NCBI GenBank assembly: GCA_002842575.1
Contig: PHDJ01000013.1
Coordinates: 18,830-82,829, forward strand
Reading direction: 5' to 3'
From: Bacteroidetes bacterium HGW-Bacteroidetes-2
Lineage (GTDB): Bacteria > Bacteroidota > Bacteroidia > Flavobacteriales > Flavobacteriaceae
Length of the DNA: 64,000 nucleotides
Shown here: positions 59,377 to 64,000 of the stretch, in pieces
Position numbering within the stretch: the first letter of the stretch is position 1
How the letters are laid out: each line of letters begins with the position of its first letter
The notes under the pieces: model-generated
What the model saw: only the letters and a program-made list of their open reading frames with translations
Database searches by the model: none
Told to the model about the DNA's origin: nothing
Made by a program: the position numbers and the translations under genes

Positions 59377-61872
59377 TTATTCGGTTAAAGATAATAAATT
59401 TGCAAACAATCGGTAGGCACCAGAAACACCGGCAGGCAATTCTCTAAAAAAACTCAATCCGGTATATATAAAATGTCCCTTTCCATGTTTTGCTATGAGT
59501 AAGGCACCTTGTGTTGGGTTTTCCCCTTGATCGTTCATTTGTAGAATTGGAGTAAACTCTTTTCCCCATTCACTTGGGAAATACAAGCCGCGTTCTTGTA
59601 TCCAATTTTCAAAATCCCTTGCAGTAATTTTGTTTGGCGTGTTTAAAACAGGATGATTAGGATGAATAAAAGTAACTTTAGCAAATTCTTCAGTAACTCG
59701 ATTATTGGAAAGTTTAAGTGGATATGGAGCTAGATTATCTGTAACTAATCCTCTGGAAACATTGTATTGTACGAGTAAGTTTCCGCCGTTTTCCACATAG
59801 TTGAAAAGCACTTCTTGCTTAAATTTTAAAGATTCTACCACATTGTAAGCTCTTATTCCCACTACAATTGCATCAAACTGTTTTAAATTTTCAACGGTTA
59901 TTGTTTCGGGTTGTATTTGGATAACTTGATAGCCTATTTGTTCTAAAGCAGAAGGAATTTCATCGCCAGCCCCAGCTATATATCCTATATTTTTCCCATT
60001 TTTTTGTAATTCAATACGCGCTATTTTAGCTTCTGCAGAAACTAAAACATGTTGAAAGGGGATGTGTGGATAATCAATGGAGATTCTTTCTTTAGTATAA
60101 AAAGCATCGCCTACTTGCAGCAAAAGAAGTAACTGGCCTTCACTTTGTGTTTTTGGTGGGGTAACCGTGAATATAAATTCTTTTTCTTGGTCTTTTTTGT
60201 TTATAAGAAAGGTTTGCGGATCGCTTACTTGCCAGCCCTCGGGGTGTTGTAAGGTTATGGTTCCAGAAAGATTGTCTCTGCCTGCACGCACTACTACAGG
60301 AATTTGTTTTGATGAAGTATTATCAAAAATAAGCACCTTTTCTTTAATGCTTCCATACACTTCTGGTAGAACTTGAAACGGTTGATACACTTCACCCATA
60401 ACAGGACTGTTGTATTTAAAGAGGATATCTTTTTTAAAAATAATTTCTTCGCCAGCAATGTTTATATTGAAATAAATAGGCTCGTTGGGGTTGATGCTAG
60501 GAAGTCCTATTTCCTCTATTTCTTTTACGTTATAAAGTCCAAGAAGCCCTTTTTCTTTTAACCAATATGGTGAAGTATATTTGGCTGTTTTTGGAATTAT
60601 AATACTGTATTCTAGATTTTTGCGCTCATTATTATTAAGCGGTAGGCTTTCAGAAAGTAGTGGTTTGTTATCATAAGAAATTCCATTAAACGCCATAGGA
60701 ATAGTAGATCTATTGATTGCTTCCACCTTTATTTTTACAGAAGATGATGGTGAGGAATATTGCATCTCAGAAACAGCTTCCATAAAAAGACCACAAGAGG
60801 CAGCGATAATGTCTTGAATTTCTTTTGTTTTTTGAATGCTCCAATAATCGGTTCTGCTTTTTAATAAATGGTATGCTTTTAGTAACTCTGGAACACTTGC
60901 AGCGGGATTTTTAAAATCGAAATTGCGTTCCACTGGTTCTAAAATTTTTCCAATCGCATCACCGCCTTTTATGCGCGACCAAGTGGTATTTATGCCTTCA
61001 AATAGGTTAGAAGGAGTTTTAGGCATAGAGCCTTTTAAAAGTTCTAAATATTCCTGGTCTTCTCCGCGGCTTCCTGTATTTCCAAATCCTTGCGATTGGT
61101 GTTTGCTTCTGCTAAGGGCGGCAATTTCACCATCTGAAAGTCCTAAAGAGGGGTAATACGTCCCAGTTTTTAAACCTACAAGATTGGATTTGTCTGCTTT
61201 ATCAAAATTTTCCTGACTGCCATAAAACCACCACGAGGTATTGAAAAATAAACGTTGGACTTGCCAAGTTGTATATGTTTCTAATTGATTGGGATACGCA
61301 GTTTTATTATTTGCTAATTCAAAGGCTTCTATACTTAAAATTGCAGATGCCGTGTGGTGACCGTGCGTTGTGCCTGGAGTCCTATGATTAAATCGGTTAA
61401 TAATAACATCGGGTTTAAATTTTCTTATTGCCAAGACGACATCGCTGAGCACGTCTTCTTTTCCCCAAATTGTAAAGGTTTCTTCTGGGTTTTTAGAATA
61501 TCCAAAGTCGTTAGCACGGGTGAAAAATTGCTCACCACCATCTATTTTACGGGCTTCTTGTAGCTCGTTTGTGCGAATTATACCTAAAAGCTCGCTAAGT
61601 TCAGTGCCTATTAAATTTTGTCCTCCATCGCCTCGAGTTATAGAAAGATAGGCCGTTCTGGCTTTAACATTGTTGGACAGGTAAGAGATAAGTCGTGTAT
61701 TTTCATCATCTGGATGTGCTGCAATGTATAGGACAGAACCTAAAAAATTGAGTTTTTGTATAGCTTGGTATATTTCAGAAGCATTAGGTTTTTTGGGTTG
61801 TTGTGCATTGGTTGGGGTAATGAATAGGAGTAAAAAAACGAAAAAAAGTAAGAAGTGTTTTTGCATAGCCAT
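59377..61872 (-). CDS. Exported PIG-L/LmbE-family deacetylase with C-terminal accessory domains
   Basis: Signal peptide, IAAHPDDE, TRGDGGQN, RANDFGYSK and HGHH metal motifs. C-terminal GYIAGAGD..VVGIRAYN..WIQERGLYF (GATase-like) region. Confidence 0.88.
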   Translation of the reverse strand: MAMQKHFLLFFVFLLLFITPTNAQQPKKPNASEIYQAIQKLNFLGSVLYIAAHPDDENTRLISYLSNNVKARTAYLSITRGDGGQNLIGTELSELLGIIRTNELQEARKIDGGEQFFTRANDFGYSKNPEETFTIWGKEDVLSDVVLAIRKFKPDVIINRFNHRTPGTTHGHHTASAILSIEAFELANNKTAYPNQLETYTTWQVQRLFFNTSWWFYGSQENFDKADKSNLVGLKTGTYYPSLGLSDGEIAALSRSKHQSQGFGNTGSRGEDQEYLELLKGSMPKTPSNLFEGINTTWSRIKGGDAIGKILEPVERNFDFKNPAASVPELLKAYHLLKSRTDYWSIQKTKEIQDIIAASCGLFMEAVSEMQYSSPSSSVKIKVEAINRSTIPMAFNGISYDNKPLLSESLPLNNNERKNLEYSIIIPKTAKYTSPYWLKEKGLLGLYNVKEIEEIGLPSINPNEPIYFNINIAGEEIIFKKDILFKYNSPVMGEVYQPFQVLPEVYGSIKEKVLIFDNTSSKQIPVVVRAGRDNLSGTITLQHPEGWQVSDPQTFLINKKDQEKEFIFTVTPPKTQSEGQLLLLLQVGDAFYTKERISIDYPHIPFQHVLVSAEAKIARIELQKNGKNIGYIAGAGDEIPSALEQIGYQVIQIQPETITVENLKQFDAIVVGIRAYNVVESLKFKQEVLFNYVENGGNLLVQYNVSRGLVTDNLAPYPLKLSNNRVTEEFAKVTFIHPNHPVLNTPNKITARDFENWIQERGLYFPSEWGKEFTPILQMNDQGENPTQGALLIAKHGKGHFIYTGLSFFRELPAGVSGAYRLFANLLSLTE

Positions 61873-61877
61873 GTGTT

Positions 61878-62447
61878 TTAATCGTGTGTTTTTGTTAGAT
61901 TTTTTTCTTCATTATTTAAAGGATTATCTTGTCGGTAGTGGTCAGTAGCAGAAATTAGGGTAACCCCTTTTTGAAGCATGAGGTTATTGGGATAGGAAAG
62001 AATTTCGCCAGTATCTGTGCGTAAAATAACCTGAAAAGTTCGAATATCCTCAATGGTAAGCGTATCTAAAACAAACTCTTTGTCGTGAATTTTTATTCTA
62101 TCGCCAATTTTATAAGGAAAGGTAAAAAACATTATAATACCGCTGGTAATATTACTTAAGATTGACCATTGCGCAAAAAATGCTACACCTATTATAGCAA
62201 AAACAGAGGAAAAAACGAGCCCAATATCTCTAAAGTCAACACCCCAAGTTAGTATTAAAGCAAAAATAATTAAAAAGATGATTGCAAAATCTATATATTT
62301 AACGATTAAGTTTGTACGTTGTTCTAACCGATGAATTTTTCGAGCATAACTTCTAACAAGACCAATTAAAATGGATCTTATGATTACTAATGCTATTATA
62401 GCGATGGCAGAATAAATTAATTTTAAAATTAGTAAATCGGTATGCAT
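61878..62447 (-). CDS. MscS-family small mechanosensitive channel protein
   Basis: Three TM segments, FAQWSILSNITSGIIMFFTFPYKIGDRI and YPNNLM. Start placed at MHTD (62447) to avoid overlap. Confidence 0.85.
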   Translation of the reverse strand: MHTDLLILKLIYSAIAIIALVIIRSILIGLVRSYARKIHRLEQRTNLIVKYIDFAIIFLIIFALILTWGVDFRDIGLVFSSVFAIIGVAFFAQWSILSNITSGIIMFFTFPYKIGDRIKIHDKEFVLDTLTIEDIRTFQVILRTDTGEILSYPNNLMLQKGVTLISATDHYRQDNPLNNEEKNLTKTHD

Positions 62448-62463
62448 CGTTTCTGTTTTTTTT

Positions 62464-63342
62464 TTATTCAAAAAGAGAGTCTCGTAACGATTCGTCACTT
62501 CGTTTGTTTTTGCCCCAATAAGCAGATTGAATTTGCTTTAGTTTAGAGGCTTTTGATGTGAAATCGCCCATTTTTTCTTCCCATTTTTCAATAACATAAG
62601 GGGCTTCTTTTTGAAACCAAATGCTAAGGGTTCTATCTATTTCTGAATAAGAAATGGTGTAGATGTTTAAGGAGTTTTCTTCCGATATGGATGCCTCAGC
62701 TATTTCTGCTTGTATATTTTTGTGTCGCAATTTAGCGTATTCTAAGGAAGGAATAATGGTTATTTTTCCTGTGGGAAGTGCTGCTGGTTCTATGCGTAAT
62801 AAGCTCCAAAATTCATCCTCTAACCAGGTTTTTTCTAAAGAAAAATTTTGATCAGCTTCATTATCAAAATAAGAATGAGAGGTTATTTCAAACTTATTTC
62901 TGTTGTTCAATTGTGCGTAGGTTTGTCCGCACCATTCTTGTATGGAAGTAGAAATTTTAAGTGGGTGTGATTCTACAAAAATTGGCATAAAAGTACTCGT
63001 CATTATAGAATAGGGATAAATTCCTGTAAGGAAATTTTTAGTGCTATTTAGTTTTAAAATGGGTACTGTTAAGTCTGTTTTTTTATTTGCTTTTACTTGA
63101 GTGTCAAGATGAAAATCTTCCGTAACAAAAATAAGGACAGCATAGCCATCACGCATTTCGCCATAGCGTTCTTGTTCTAGGGTGTAAGAAGTTAATTCTG
63201 CTTTTCCATTAAACCAATGGCTTTTAAAATCTTCAGAAATTTCTCTTTCTTTTTTGGGAATAGTATTTTTTTCTTCGTTTTGTGTGCAGCTATTCAGAAA
63301 AAAAATAGCTAGTACTGGTAATATTGTAGGTAGAATTCGCAT
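62464..63342 (-). CDS. Conserved lipoprotein of unknown function (Maf-adjacent)
   Basis: Lipobox FLNSC; WFNGKAELTSY..QERYGE, LIFVTEDF, FLTGIYPYSIMTSTF and QEWCGQTY. Not homologous to Maf itself. Confidence 0.7.
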   Translation of the reverse strand: MRILPTILPVLAIFFLNSCTQNEEKNTIPKKEREISEDFKSHWFNGKAELTSYTLEQERYGEMRDGYAVLIFVTEDFHLDTQVKANKKTDLTVPILKLNSTKNFLTGIYPYSIMTSTFMPIFVESHPLKISTSIQEWCGQTYAQLNNRNKFEITSHSYFDNEADQNFSLEKTWLEDEFWSLLRIEPAALPTGKITIIPSLEYAKLRHKNIQAEIAEASISEENSLNIYTISYSEIDRTLSIWFQKEAPYVIEKWEEKMGDFTSKASKLKQIQSAYWGKNKRSDESLRDSLFE

Positions 63343-63374
63343 CGTAATAATTTTAGCCTAAAAATAGCATAAAT

Positions 63375-63962
63375 TCATTGGTTAGCAAATTTCATTAACG
63401 TTTTATATACAAGATGGGTGGGAAGTCCCATAACCGTGTTATAAGAGCCTTTTATTTTTGTGATACCGATGGAGCCAATCCATTCCTGAATGCCGTATGC
63501 GCCTGCTTTGTCAAGCGGATTATACTTTTCAATATAATAGTTAATTTCTTCGTTGGTCAATTTTTTAAACCAAACCTTAGTGGTGTCAGCCAAAGTAATC
63601 TGTTTTTTGGTAGTTGTAAAACATACCGAAGTAATTACCTGATGCGCGCTTCCGGAAAGTGATTTTAGCATAATAAAAGCATCTTCCACGGAAGTTGGTT
63701 TTCCTAGAGCTTTGTTGTTGTGCCAAACTATGGTGTCGCTAGTAATTAGGATGTCTTTTGGTTGGATATTTGTGTAAACAGATGCTTTTAGTTGAGATAT
63801 ATAATTTACTGTTTCTAAGCCATTTAAATGGTTTGGAAAGGTTTCATTAACAGGAATTAACTGTACAACAAAATTGAGGCCTAATTCTTTAAAAAATAGT
63901 TGTCTTCTTGGGGAACCTGATGCAAGAATTATTTGAAACTGTTTTAGTTTTTTCGCAAGCAT
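63375..63962 (-). CDS. maf: Maf-like nucleoside triphosphate pyrophosphatase
   Basis: ILASGSPRR, ITSDTIV, LGKP, DKAGAYGIQ and VMGLP motifs. Confidence 0.93.
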   Translation of the reverse strand: MLAKKLKQFQIILASGSPRRQLFFKELGLNFVVQLIPVNETFPNHLNGLETVNYISQLKASVYTNIQPKDILITSDTIVWHNNKALGKPTSVEDAFIMLKSLSGSAHQVITSVCFTTTKKQITLADTTKVWFKKLTNEEINYYIEKYNPLDKAGAYGIQEWIGSIGITKIKGSYNTVMGLPTHLVYKTLMKFANQ

Positions 63963-63964
63963 AT

Positions 63965-64000
63965 TTATTTTATTAGGAATGGATAAAGAGCCAATGATAA
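63965..64000 (-). CDS. 3' end (partial) of an upstream membrane protein gene
   Basis: Minus strand LSLALYPFLIK* ends 2 nt before the maf ATG. It could be a UbiA-type prenyltransferase by usual gene order, but 11 residues are too few to assign. Confidence 0.4.
   Translation of the reverse strand, partial: LSLALYPFLIK

Overview
A 64-kb piece of an AT-rich Flavobacteriaceae (Bacteroidota) chromosome. The assignment rests on the gldJ-porU-porV type IX secretion cluster, TAnnTTTG -7 promoters and A/T-rich leaders without Shine-Dalgarno motifs. Most of the window is conserved backbone: anmK-gdh-nhaD-exbB-exbD-tonB-folC, tRNA-Val(TAC), murF-gldJ / porU-porV-cdd-pdhA-pdhC, mlaEF, pafA, fabH-like, gcvP, purK/purE, hpt-adk-obgE, an S46 peptidase, a PIG-L deacetylase/SSS symporter module and maf. 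I found no CRISPR array, rRNA, reverse transcriptase, integrase or prophage. Most of the unusual features are absent from the ORF track: (1) folC appears to start at a non-canonical ATC; (2) a GIY-YIG nuclease pseudogene follows the tRNA; (3) a Flavo-1-like structured repeat lies at 30.7 kb; (4) a RhuM-Fic/Doc gene sits inside the purK-purE operon, coupled to purE, within an apparently GC-richer dcp-purE-purK block next to a SET-domain gene; (5) a deletion scar joins the start of an M20 amidohydrolase to the end of an alanine racemase; (6) a decaying 51-57 kb island holds two different IS1595 relics, a duplicated IS end, a truncated DoxX-like gene, a peroxiredoxin-like gene, aqpZ followed by an attC-like inverted-repeat element, and katG; (7) an uncalled 36-aa membrane protein lies between the PIG-L deacetylase and the SSS symporter. 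Family assignments come from motif recognition and recall, not from database searches. No single novel system is demonstrated. The best candidates are the attC-like boundary, the RhuM-Fic gene inside the pur operon and the deacetylase-small protein-symporter module.
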